Below the pieces are notes generated by a model, which was given only the letters and a program-made list of their open reading frames with translations, searched no databases and was not told the DNA's origin. From NCBI GenBank assembly GCA_963744145.1, contig CAVUSO010000001.1, positions 864,001 to 928,000 on the forward strand: a stretch of 64,000 bases of DNA, read 5' to 3'. Source of the stretch: an uncultured cyanobacterium. Its GTDB lineage: Bacteria > Cyanobacteriota > Cyanobacteriia > Cyanobacteriales > CAWUOF01. Numbering within the stretch: position 1 is the first letter of the stretch; every line of letters starts with the position of its first letter. Of this stretch, positions 34,352-43,671 are shown one piece after another. The position numbers and the translations under genes were made by a program.

Positions 34352-35362
34352 ATGTATATTCCAAATTTTTCAACTCAGGAATTATTTTTAGTACTGGAAT
34401 CACTTAGAAGTGTAGCTGTAAATCCAGAAGCATTGACAGCTCGCGAACAACAATTTTTGCATGTGTTAAAAAATTTGCATGAAGGTAGAAATGACATAAT
34501 TATATCATCTCCAGTAACTCTATCCCACATTGCCCAAACTATCGCTGAACCAAGTCAGCGTCAATGGTTGGTGCAAATGGGAATAATTATGGCACTAGTT
34601 GAAGGTAAGAGTACACTTCCTCAACTCTATCAACAACTTAAAAAATTGAGGATATTAGCTCAAGTTCTTTCTGTAAAAGAGCCAGGTTTAAGAGTCTTGA
34701 ATAAAGTGGCAAAAGGTTATAAACTTTTTGCCAGTCTGGAGGCAAATTTTATTTTCATGAGCAAATTTGTGGTTCATGCTTATCAAGAAGAAGGGCTTAC
34801 TGGAGTGAAAAAAATTGTTTCTATATTTTTTAATGGGAATAGTAAAGACTCTGATTTAGCATCGAAGTTCCACAGACTAGGTACTTTAGCAGAAGATACA
34901 TTAGGTTACATCTTCTGGAAATATTTCACCGAAAAGAACATGATCTTTCCAGGCGAAACAGGTGCAATTCCAGAGCGTTTTGTCTTTCACGATTTTGGGC
35001 ATATTCTATCCGGATATAATACTGATATAGTAGGAGAAATGTTGTTAGGAGGTTTTCAGGCAGGATATACCCGTCAAAATGGCTTTATTTATTTACTGAT
35101 TGTAATTCTTCATTGTCACTGGGGGATCAAAACATCACCTATGGCAGATTCTTTTGAAGGATTATTTGATATTCCATCAACAATGCACGCATTACAGCGG
35201 GGTGCATCTTGCAAAGTAGACCTTTCTGATCATTGGAACTTCTGGGAAGTTGTAGATATACCTCTAGAGAAAGTACGTGATATTTATGGTATTCCACCTC
35301 TCTGTCCATCTTCAGTACCAGTCTTCTCAACTAGGGAAATAATCCAGGGTAAACGCATCTAA
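34352..35362 (+). CDS. Hypothetical protein with Coq4-like HDxxH-x11-E metal motif
   Basis: HDFGH-ILSGYNTDIVG-E, preceded by LAEDTLGYIF; helical N-terminal domain. Confidence 0.6.
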   Translation: MYIPNFSTQELFLVLESLRSVAVNPEALTAREQQFLHVLKNLHEGRNDIIISSPVTLSHIAQTIAEPSQRQWLVQMGIIMALVEGKSTLPQLYQQLKKLRILAQVLSVKEPGLRVLNKVAKGYKLFASLEANFIFMSKFVVHAYQEEGLTGVKKIVSIFFNGNSKDSDLASKFHRLGTLAEDTLGYIFWKYFTEKNMIFPGETGAIPERFVFHDFGHILSGYNTDIVGEMLLGGFQAGYTRQNGFIYLLIVILHCHWGIKTSPMADSFEGLFDIPSTMHALQRGASCKVDLSDHWNFWEVVDIPLEKVRDIYGIPPLCPSSVPVFSTREIIQGKRI

Positions 35363-35469
35363 ATCATGTAAACCTTGCCCAGTGGGGGTTTCATGATTTA
35401 ATCACAAAAATGAACAATTGCTGAAACCCTAATCCAGTAAGTATTCTAAAAATAAGATGCGTTTACCTG
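35345..35469. mobile_element. ~125-bp MITE with 10-bp target-site duplication
   Basis: TIR CAGGGTAAACGCATCT / AGATGCGTTTACCTG, flanked by GGAAATAATC (35335-35344) and GGAAATTATC (35470-35479). Confidence 0.75.
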
Positions 35470-36004
35470 GGAAATTATCTAAGTAAACGTAAGTTTCACG
35501 AAGTTAAAAGATGGTAGGATGTAGAGCGAGGCAGTCAGTCCAGCTAACAAATTGACCAAAAAATTCTCTTGTACGGGCGTATAGCTATACGCCCCTAGCA
35601 TGACGCGAATGTTCAATTTGACAGATATTTTTGACTTTCCCGTATTTATGGTGGAAAATCCCGTTTTTCGACAGGGGAGGAGGGGGCAGGGAGCAAGAGA
35701 AAAGCTTATGTAGTAATAATTTGGAAAATCAATAATTTTTACTTATCATTATAAGTACGGGAGAACCGTAATATAAGCGTATTGCATTCTAATGTCCCAA
35801 TGAGAGCGATACGCTTAAACTTGATATGCTAGCGACCCAACCTTAGAAATCAGACGGTAATGAAAATTTTGTCAAATCTTATCCTAATAATAATTTAAAA
35901 ATGCTAATATCAATTTACTATTACGTTCAACGTTCAACTGGCTATTGAAGCTAAAAACTATATATATCCAGCATTATCACCAATCTTTTTAGTGTAACTT
36001 CACA

Positions 36005-38548
36005 GTGAATTGGTATAACTTAATGAAAATCGCATATGTCATACGGATGGTATTAATTTTAGTTGCATTAATTCAGGACAGCAAAAATAAGTTCTTATTA
36101 TCAAGCTTGTATCGATTTACTTTATTAGCTATAGGTTTTTATTTGCTTTCCAGTCGAGTTACAGCACAAATTGTCCCTGATAATACTCTTCCTAATAACT
36201 CTATTGTTGGCATTAATGGTCAGAGATTAACTATTAATGGTGGTACAATAGCGGGTAAGAATCTTTTTCATAGTTTCCAAGAATTTTCTATTCCTACAGG
36301 AGAGGAAGCTTTTTTTAACAATGCTAGCAATATTCAAAATATTTTCAGTCGTGTTACGGGTAAAAAAATATCTAATATTGATGGGATAATTAGTTCTAAT
36401 GGAGTTGCAAACTTATTTTTTATTAATCCCAATGGCATAATATTTGGTAATAATACGCAATTAAATACTGGAGGTTCTTTTATTAGTTCAACAGCTAATA
36501 ATATTATATTTAATGATGGCTTTAATTTTAGTGCTATCAATTCACAAATTGTGCCGTTGTTAACAGTTAATATACCGGTTTTTTTACAATTAGAACAAAA
36601 TTCCGGAGCAATTCAAGTAAATGGTGCAGGTCATAATTTTACAGTTGCAGTTCCATTTGGTGCGCCAGTTAACTATAATCAAAACACCAGTAACCTAAAA
36701 GTGAATCCAGGTAAAACACTAGCTTTAGTCGGAAGCAATGTCACGCTTTCTGGTGGCATCTTAACTGCTCAGGGTGGAAGAATAGAGTTAGGTGGTGTTG
36801 CTTTAGGTAAAGTACGTCTCACAAATACTAACTCCGGATGGGTTTTAGACTATAAGCAAGTGCAAAGTTTTGGAGATGTTAACCTATTCCAAAAAGCAGC
36901 ATTAGATGCTAGTGGTTCAATGGGCGGCTCTATCCAAATTGTAGGTAGAAAAGTTACGTTAACTGATGGCTCTCTAGCATTGATTCAAAACCAAGGAAAT
37001 AAACTATCAGGAAACCTCATTGTAAATGCTTCTGAATCTTTAGATTTAACTGGAACTAATCCAGAAGCAACATTCGCTAGTAGTTTGCTGACTGAAACTG
37101 TTGCAAATGGCAAAGGAGGAGACATAGAAATTTCCACTAAAAGCTTATCAATACAAGATGGAGCACGAATAGCTAGTCAAACCTTTAGTAACGCATCTAG
37201 CGGAAATCTGATCATCAATGCCTCAGACTCAACAGATATAGTAGGATTTTCACCTATTAATGTAGAAGTAATGAGTTTTCTCATTGCCTCAACTTTTAGC
37301 ACAGGAAATGCAGGAAATATTACATTGCAAACAAACCAATTGAGAGTATTGAATGGAGGAAGTGTTTCAATTCCTGTTATTGGTACTGGTGCGGGAGGAA
37401 ATATAACTTTAAATGCTTCTCAATTGGTAGAAGTTAATGGAACAATACCGCAAATCTCTCAGCCTTCTTCAATTGGTGGTGCGACAATACCTGGAAAAGG
37501 TGCTAACTTAATTATTAATACATCTAAGGTTTTAGTGGAATCTGGAGGAGTTATTACCACCTCAACTGTCGCAAACGGTTCAGCAGGGGATATTACTATC
37601 AATGCCTCTGATTCCGTACAAGTTAGTGGCAAAGGAGTTGATGGTGGACTTCCATCTAGAATAGAGGCTGCTGCGACCATTGAGGCTGAAGAATTCCGAA
37701 AATTAAGAGGACTACCCGATCGCCCCTCCGGCAACTCCGGCAGCGTCACCATCAATACCCCCCGCCTCACAGTCTCCGATGGCGCTACTGTTAGTGTTGG
37801 AAATCAAGGTACAGGCAACGCAGGCAACCTCAACATCAACGCAGGTTCGATCGCTCTCCTCAACGCCAACCAAGGGATCAGCGCAGCTACGGCATCAGGT
37901 GAAGGTGGCAACCTCAACATCACCACCAACGCCCTCCAACTACGACAAGCCAGCCAAATCTCCACCCAAGCAGGGGGCACAGGTAACGGTGGCAACATCA
38001 CCCTCAACGCCAACACCCTAGCCCTCCTCGAAAACAGTAAAATCAATGCTAACGCCTTCAAAGGTAATGGTGGTAACATCCTCATCAACACCCAAGGCTT
38101 ATTTACCGCTCCCTATACTCCCGATCGCCAAATCACAGCTAGTTCCCAACTAGGAATATCAGGCACGATCGCCATCAATGATCCCACTAATCAGTCTAAC
38201 ATCGGATTCATCCAACTACCGAAAAACCTCCTCGACGCTAGCACGCAAATCAGCCAAACTTGTAATAACGGCAAAGTGAACAGACTCGCCCTCGTCGGTC
38301 GGGGTGGTTTGTCCGAAGATCCATTGAAAGCTTTTCCCAGTGATGACATCTGGCAAGACCACACCAATTATACTAGCCGACTTAATCCAGTGAATCAGAG
38401 CAGAAATCAGGCTCAAGTCACCAAACCAGAACCACCACCCATCATTGAAGCTACGGGTTGGCAAGTCAATCAAAATGGCCAAATTGAATTAATCAGTCAG
38501 GCCCAAGCTGTCCCCCAATTTAACGTCCAACAGTTTCAATGTCACTAA
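36005..38548 (+). CDS. Filamentous haemagglutinin N-terminal (TPS) domain exoprotein
   Basis: AQIVPDNTL, NLFHSFQEFS, NPNGIIFG, beta-helix G-N-I repeats and C-terminal IIEATGW. The true start may lie downstream. Confidence 0.88.
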   Translation: MNWYNLMKIAYVIRMVLILVALIQDSKNKFLLSSLYRFTLLAIGFYLLSSRVTAQIVPDNTLPNNSIVGINGQRLTINGGTIAGKNLFHSFQEFSIPTGEEAFFNNASNIQNIFSRVTGKKISNIDGIISSNGVANLFFINPNGIIFGNNTQLNTGGSFISSTANNIIFNDGFNFSAINSQIVPLLTVNIPVFLQLEQNSGAIQVNGAGHNFTVAVPFGAPVNYNQNTSNLKVNPGKTLALVGSNVTLSGGILTAQGGRIELGGVALGKVRLTNTNSGWVLDYKQVQSFGDVNLFQKAALDASGSMGGSIQIVGRKVTLTDGSLALIQNQGNKLSGNLIVNASESLDLTGTNPEATFASSLLTETVANGKGGDIEISTKSLSIQDGARIASQTFSNASSGNLIINASDSTDIVGFSPINVEVMSFLIASTFSTGNAGNITLQTNQLRVLNGGSVSIPVIGTGAGGNITLNASQLVEVNGTIPQISQPSSIGGATIPGKGANLIINTSKVLVESGGVITTSTVANGSAGDITINASDSVQVSGKGVDGGLPSRIEAAATIEAEEFRKLRGLPDRPSGNSGSVTINTPRLTVSDGATVSVGNQGTGNAGNLNINAGSIALLNANQGISAATASGEGGNLNITTNALQLRQASQISTQAGGTGNGGNITLNANTLALLENSKINANAFKGNGGNILINTQGLFTAPYTPDRQITASSQLGISGTIAINDPTNQSNIGFIQLPKNLLDASTQISQTCNNGKVNRLALVGRGGLSEDPLKAFPSDDIWQDHTNYTSRLNPVNQSRNQAQVTKPEPPPIIEATGWQVNQNGQIELISQAQAVPQFNVQQFQCH

Positions 38549-38674
38549 CAAATCACCCATCCGATCGCGATTCACAAATGTGGGAGAAACTGGGAGTGCG
38601 ATCGGCTGAAATAGTTGCGTAAAGAGGTAGCGATCGACTAAAATGCCTGCTCCTCAAGTAGAGCAGCATGAATC

Positions 38675-39565
38675 ATGTCCATTGATAACCTATGTAAACT
38701 CATCGCCGAAAAATATCCAGCTGCTTTTGCCACTTGGATTTTAGGTGAATCGCAGCCGAGCGTACAAGTCTTAAAAACCGAACTGAGTATCGAACCAATT
38801 CGAGCCGATTCCGTGATCTTGCTGGAAACCACAGACCGGATCTTACATCTAGAATTCCAGGTGAGACTAGAATCAGAGCCACCATTACCATTAAGAATGC
38901 TAGATTATTGGGTCAGGCTATATCGGTTATACCGCAAACCAATCATCCAAGTCATAATTTTATTACTACCACCCAGGGAAGGAACAGTAATTGAAACGGC
39001 ATTTGTGTTCGGAACAACTTACCATGAGTATCGGGTAATTCGACTGTGGGAAGAAGACCCAAAGATATTTCTGTCTGATCTAGCGTTACTACCCTTAGCA
39101 GCATTAACCGCCACATCTCAACCAGAACAGTTGCTAGCACAAGTGGCAGAACAAGTGGATAGAATAGAATCAGTTACAGAGCAACAAGAAGTATCCGCAT
39201 ACATCCAAATCTTGGCGGGATTAAAGTTTAATCAACAAATTTTGCATCGATTATTTCAGGAGAATGCCATGCGAGAATCAGTAATTTATCAGGAGATTTT
39301 GCAGGTCGGTCGAGAAGAAGGACGACAAGAAGGACTAATGGAAGGACAACGGTCAGGACGACAAGAAGGACAACAAGAAGGACGTTTGCAGGAACGACGC
39401 TTATTGGTAGAAAATTTGCTGCGGATTCGGTTTGGCTCTTTAGAACCAGAACTGGCTCAGATGATTGAACCAATGATTCAGTTATCAACCGATGAGTTAG
39501 TTCCCTTACTCTATCAATTATCTCAGACTGAACTTTTGGCCAGATTTACTCCCCATCAGAATTAA
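38675..39565 (+). CDS. Rpn-family PD-(D/E)XK nuclease / putative transposase, copy 1 (7 tetrapeptide repeats)
   Basis: DNLCKLIAE, IRADSVILL, HLEFQ, RMLDY, MRESVIYQEI, (G-x-x-E)n and a DUF4351-like tail. Confidence 0.88.
   Translation: MSIDNLCKLIAEKYPAAFATWILGESQPSVQVLKTELSIEPIRADSVILLETTDRILHLEFQVRLESEPPLPLRMLDYWVRLYRLYRKPIIQVIILLLPPREGTVIETAFVFGTTYHEYRVIRLWEEDPKIFLSDLALLPLAALTATSQPEQLLAQVAEQVDRIESVTEQQEVSAYIQILAGLKFNQQILHRLFQENAMRESVIYQEILQVGREEGRQEGLMEGQRSGRQEGQQEGRLQERRLLVENLLRIRFGSLEPELAQMIEPMIQLSTDELVPLLYQLSQTELLARFTPHQN
39269..39565 (+). CDS. Putative intragenic small C-terminal protein (RpnS-like antitoxin); equivalent starts at 40707, 41923, 43063, 44266
   Basis: AGGAG (39258-39262) lies 6 nt before the in-frame ATG (Met199, MRESVIY...); conserved in all five intact copies. 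Confidence 0.6.
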   Translation: MRESVIYQEILQVGREEGRQEGLMEGQRSGRQEGQQEGRLQERRLLVENLLRIRFGSLEPELAQMIEPMIQLSTDELVPLLYQLSQTELLARFTPHQN

Positions 39566-39806
39566 GCCAATTTCTCCCCTGGCGATCGGTCAACCTGGCC
39601 AAATTTCCGGTTTAATCAAGCCACCGGAGCGATCGCCAAATCCCTGTCACTAAAAACTTACCCATCCGATCACCCTAGACTCGAACTAGGAGGCGATCGC
39701 GATTCACAAATATGGGAGAACCTGGGAGCGCGATCGGCTGAAATAGTTGCGTAAAACCGTAGCGATCGACTAAAATGCCTGCTCCTCAAGTAGAGCAGCA
39801 TGAATC

Positions 39807-39969
39807 ATGTCCATTGATAACCTATGTAAACTCATCGCCGAAAAATATCCAGCTGCTTTTGCCACTTGGATTTTAGGTGAATCGCAGCCGAGCGTGCAAG
39901 TTTTAAAAACCGAACTGAGTATCGAACCAATCCGAGCCGATTCCGTGATCTTGCTGGAAACCACAGACC
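39807..39969 (+). pseudogene. Truncated Rpn copy (first ~54 codons)
   Basis: Matches the Rpn 5' end up to ...GAAACCACAGACC, then jumps to intergenic CCATCCGATCACCCTAG. Confidence 0.88.
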
Positions 39970-40112
39970 ATCCGATCACCCTAGACTCGAACTAGGAGGC
40001 GATCGCGATTCACAAATATGGGAGAACCTGGGAGCGCGATCGGCTGAAATAGTTGCGTAAAACCGTAGCGATCGACTAAAATGCCTGCTCCTCAAGTAGA
40101 GCAGCATGAATC

Positions 40113-41087
40113 ATGTCCATTGATAACCTATGTAAACTCATCGCCGAAAAATATCCAGCTGCTTTTGCCACTTGGATTTTAGGTGAATCGCAGCCGAGCG
40201 TGCAAGTTTTAAAAACCGAACTGAGTATCGAACCAATCCGAGCCGATTCCGTGATCTTGCTGGAAACCACAGACCGGATCTTACATCTAGAATTCCAGGT
40301 GAGACTAGAATCAGAGCCACCATTACCATTAAGAATGCTAGACTACTGGGTCAGGCTATATCGGTTATACCGCAAACCAATCATCCAAGTCATAATTTTA
40401 TTACTACCACCCAGGGAAGGAACAGTAATAGAAACGGCATTTGTGTTCGGAACAACTTACCATGAGTATCGGGTAATTCGACTGTGGGAAGAAGACCCAA
40501 AGATATTTCTGTCTGATCTAGCGTTACTACCCTTAGCAGTATTAACCACCACATCTCAACCAGAACAGTTGCTAGCACAAGTGGCAGAACAAGTGGATAG
40601 AATAGAATCAGTTACAGAGCAACGAGAAGTATCCGCATACATCCAAATCTTGGCGGGATTAAAGTTTAATCAACAAATTTTGCATCGATTATTTCAGGAG
40701 AATGCCATGCGAGAATCAGTAATTTATCAGGAGATTTTGCAGGTCGGTCGAGAAGAAGGACGACTTGAAGGACGACAAGAAGGACAACGATCAGGACGAC
40801 TTGAAGGACGACTTGAAGGACGACTTGAAGGACGACTTGAAGGACGACTTGAAGGACGACTTGAAGGACGACTTGAAGGACGACTTGAAGGACGACTTGA
40901 AGGACGTTTGCAGGAACGACGCTTATTGGTAGAAAATTTGCTGCGGATTCGGTTTGGCTCTTTAGAACCAGAACTGGCTCAGATGATTGAACCAATGATT
41001 CAGTTATCAACCGATGAGTTAGTTCCCTTACTCTATCAATTATCTCAGACTGAACTTTTGGCCAGATTTACTCCCCATCAGAATTAA
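40113..41087 (+). CDS. Rpn-family nuclease copy 2 (14 tetrapeptide repeats)
   Basis: As copy 1, with a long (GAAGGACGACTT)n tract. Confidence 0.88.
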   Translation: MSIDNLCKLIAEKYPAAFATWILGESQPSVQVLKTELSIEPIRADSVILLETTDRILHLEFQVRLESEPPLPLRMLDYWVRLYRLYRKPIIQVIILLLPPREGTVIETAFVFGTTYHEYRVIRLWEEDPKIFLSDLALLPLAVLTTTSQPEQLLAQVAEQVDRIESVTEQREVSAYIQILAGLKFNQQILHRLFQENAMRESVIYQEILQVGREEGRLEGRQEGQRSGRLEGRLEGRLEGRLEGRLEGRLEGRLEGRLEGRLEGRLQERRLLVENLLRIRFGSLEPELAQMIEPMIQLSTDELVPLLYQLSQTELLARFTPHQN

Positions 41088-41328
41088 GCCAATTTCCCCC
41101 CTGGCGATCGGTCAACCTGGCCAAATTTCCGGTTTAATCAAGCCACCGGAGTGATCGCCAAATCCCTGTCACTAACAACTTACCCATCCGATCGCCCTAG
41201 ACTCGAACTAGGAGGCGATCGCGATTCACAAAAGTGGGGAAAACTGGGAGCGCGATCGGCTGAAATAGTTGCGTAAAGAGGTAGCGATCGACTAAAATGC
41301 CTGCTCCTCAAGTAGAGCAGCATGAATC

Positions 41329-42255
41329 ATGTCCATTGATAACCTATGTAAACTCATCGCCGAAAAATATCCAGCTGCTTTTGCCACTTGGATTTTAGGT
41401 GAATCGCAGCCGAGCGTACAAGTCTTAAAAACCGAACTGAGTATCGAACCAATTCGAGCCGATTCCGTGATCTTGCTGGAAACCACAGACCGGATCTTAC
41501 ATCTAGAATTCCAGGTGAGACTAGAATCAGAGCCACCATTACCATTAAGAATGCTAGATTATTGGGTCAGGCTATATCGGTTATACCGCAAACCAATCAT
41601 CCAAGTCATAATTTTATTACTACCACCCAGGGAAGGAACAGTAATTGAAACGGCATTTGTGTTCGGAACAACTTACCATGAGTATCGGGTAATTCGACTG
41701 TGGGAAGAAGACCCGAAGATATTTCTGTCTGATCTAGCGTTACTACCCTTAGCAGCATTAACCGCCACATCTCAACCAGAACAGTTGCTAGCACAAGTGG
41801 CAGAACAAGTGGATAGAATAGAATCAGTTACAGAGCAGCGAGAAGTATCCGCATACATCCAAATCTTGGCGGGATTAAAGTTTAATCAACAAATTTTGCA
41901 TCGATTATTTCAGGAGAATGCCATGCGAGAATCAGTAATTTATCAGGAGATTTTGCAGGTCGGTCGAGCAGAAGGACGACAAGAAGGACTAATGGAAGGA
42001 CAACGGTCAGGACGACAAGAAGGACGACTTGAAGGACGACTTGAAGGACGACAAGAAGGACAACAAGAAGGACGTTTGCAGGAACGACGCTTATTGGTAG
42101 AAAATTTGCTGCGGATTCGGTTTGGCTCTTTAGAACCAGAACTGGCTCAGATGATTGAACCAATGATTCAGTTATCAACCGATGAGTTAGTTCCCTTACT
42201 CTATCAATTATCTCAGACTGAACTTTTGGCCAGATTTACTCCCCATCAGAATTAA
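41329..42255 (+). CDS. Rpn-family nuclease copy 3 (10 repeats)
   Basis: As copy 1. Confidence 0.88.
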   Translation: MSIDNLCKLIAEKYPAAFATWILGESQPSVQVLKTELSIEPIRADSVILLETTDRILHLEFQVRLESEPPLPLRMLDYWVRLYRLYRKPIIQVIILLLPPREGTVIETAFVFGTTYHEYRVIRLWEEDPKIFLSDLALLPLAALTATSQPEQLLAQVAEQVDRIESVTEQREVSAYIQILAGLKFNQQILHRLFQENAMRESVIYQEILQVGRAEGRQEGLMEGQRSGRQEGRLEGRLEGRQEGQQEGRLQERRLLVENLLRIRFGSLEPELAQMIEPMIQLSTDELVPLLYQLSQTELLARFTPHQN

Positions 42256-42468
42256 GCCAATTTCCCCCCTGGCGATCAGTCAACCTGGCCAAATTTCCGG
42301 TTTAATCAAGCCAAGGAGCGATCGCCAAATCCCTGTCACTAACAACTCACCCATCCGATCGCGATTCACAAATATGGGAGAACCTGGGAGCGCGATCGGC
42401 TGAAATAGTTGCGTAAAGAGGTAGCGATCGACTAAAATGCCTGCTCCTCAAGTAGAGCAGCATGAATC

Positions 42469-43431
42469 ATGTCCATTGATAACCTATGTAAACTCATCGC
42501 CGAAAAATATCCAGCTGCTTTTGCCACTTGGATTTTAGGTGAATCGCAGCCGAGCGTGCAAGTTTTAAAAACCGAACTGAGTATCGAACCAATCCGAGCC
42601 GATTCCGTGATCTTGCTGGAAACCACAGACCGGATCTTACATCTAGAATTCCAGGTGAGACTAGAATCCGAGCCACCATTACCATTAAGAATGCTAGACT
42701 ATTGGGTCAGGCTATATCGGTTATACCGCAAACCAATCATCCAAGTCATAATTTTATTACTACCACCCAGAGAAGGAACAGTAATAGAAACGGCATTTGT
42801 GTTCGGAACAACTTACCATGAGTATCGGGTAATTCGACTGTGGGAAGAAGACCCAAAGATATTTCTGTCTGATCTAGCGTTACTACCCTTAGCAGCATTA
42901 ACCGCCACATCTCAACCAGAACAGTTGCTAGCACAAGTGGCAGAACAAGTGGATAGAATAGAATCAGTTACAGAGCAGCGAGAAGTATCCGCATACATCC
43001 AAATCTTGGCGGGATTAAAGTTTAATCAACAAATTTTGCATCGATTATTTCAGGAGAATGCCATGCGAGAATCAGTAATTTATCAGGAGATTTTGCAGGT
43101 CGGTCGAGAAGAAGGACGACAAGAAGGACTACTGGAAGGACAACGGTCAGGACGACTTGAAGGACAACAAGAAGGACGACTTGAAGGACGACTTGAAGGA
43201 CTACTGGAAGGACAACGGTCAGGACGACAAGAAGGACAACAAGAAGGACGTTTGCAGGAACGACGCTTATTGGTAGAAAATTTGCTGCGGATTCGGTTTG
43301 GCTCTTTAGAACCAGAACTCGCTCAGATGATTGAACCAATGATTCAGTTATCAACCGATGAGTTAGTTCCCTTACTCTATCAATTATCTCAGACTGAACT
43401 TTTGGCCAGATTTACTCCCCATCAGAATTAA
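42469..43431 (+). CDS. Rpn-family nuclease copy 4 (13 repeats)
   Basis: As copy 1. Confidence 0.88.
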   Translation: MSIDNLCKLIAEKYPAAFATWILGESQPSVQVLKTELSIEPIRADSVILLETTDRILHLEFQVRLESEPPLPLRMLDYWVRLYRLYRKPIIQVIILLLPPREGTVIETAFVFGTTYHEYRVIRLWEEDPKIFLSDLALLPLAALTATSQPEQLLAQVAEQVDRIESVTEQREVSAYIQILAGLKFNQQILHRLFQENAMRESVIYQEILQVGREEGRQEGLLEGQRSGRLEGQQEGRLEGRLEGLLEGQRSGRQEGQQEGRLQERRLLVENLLRIRFGSLEPELAQMIEPMIQLSTDELVPLLYQLSQTELLARFTPHQN

Positions 43432-43671
43432 GCCAATTTCCCCCCTGGCGATCAGTCAACCTGGCCAAATTTCCGGTTTAATCAAGCCAAGGAGCGATCG
43501 CCAAATCCCTGTCACTAACAACTCACCCATCCGATCGCCCTAGACTCGAACTAGGAGGCGATCGCGATTCACAAATATGGGAGAACCTGGGAGCGCGATC
43601 GGCTGAAATAGTTGCGTAAAACCGTAGCGATCGACTAAAATGCCTGCTCCTCAAGTAGAGCAGCATGAATC

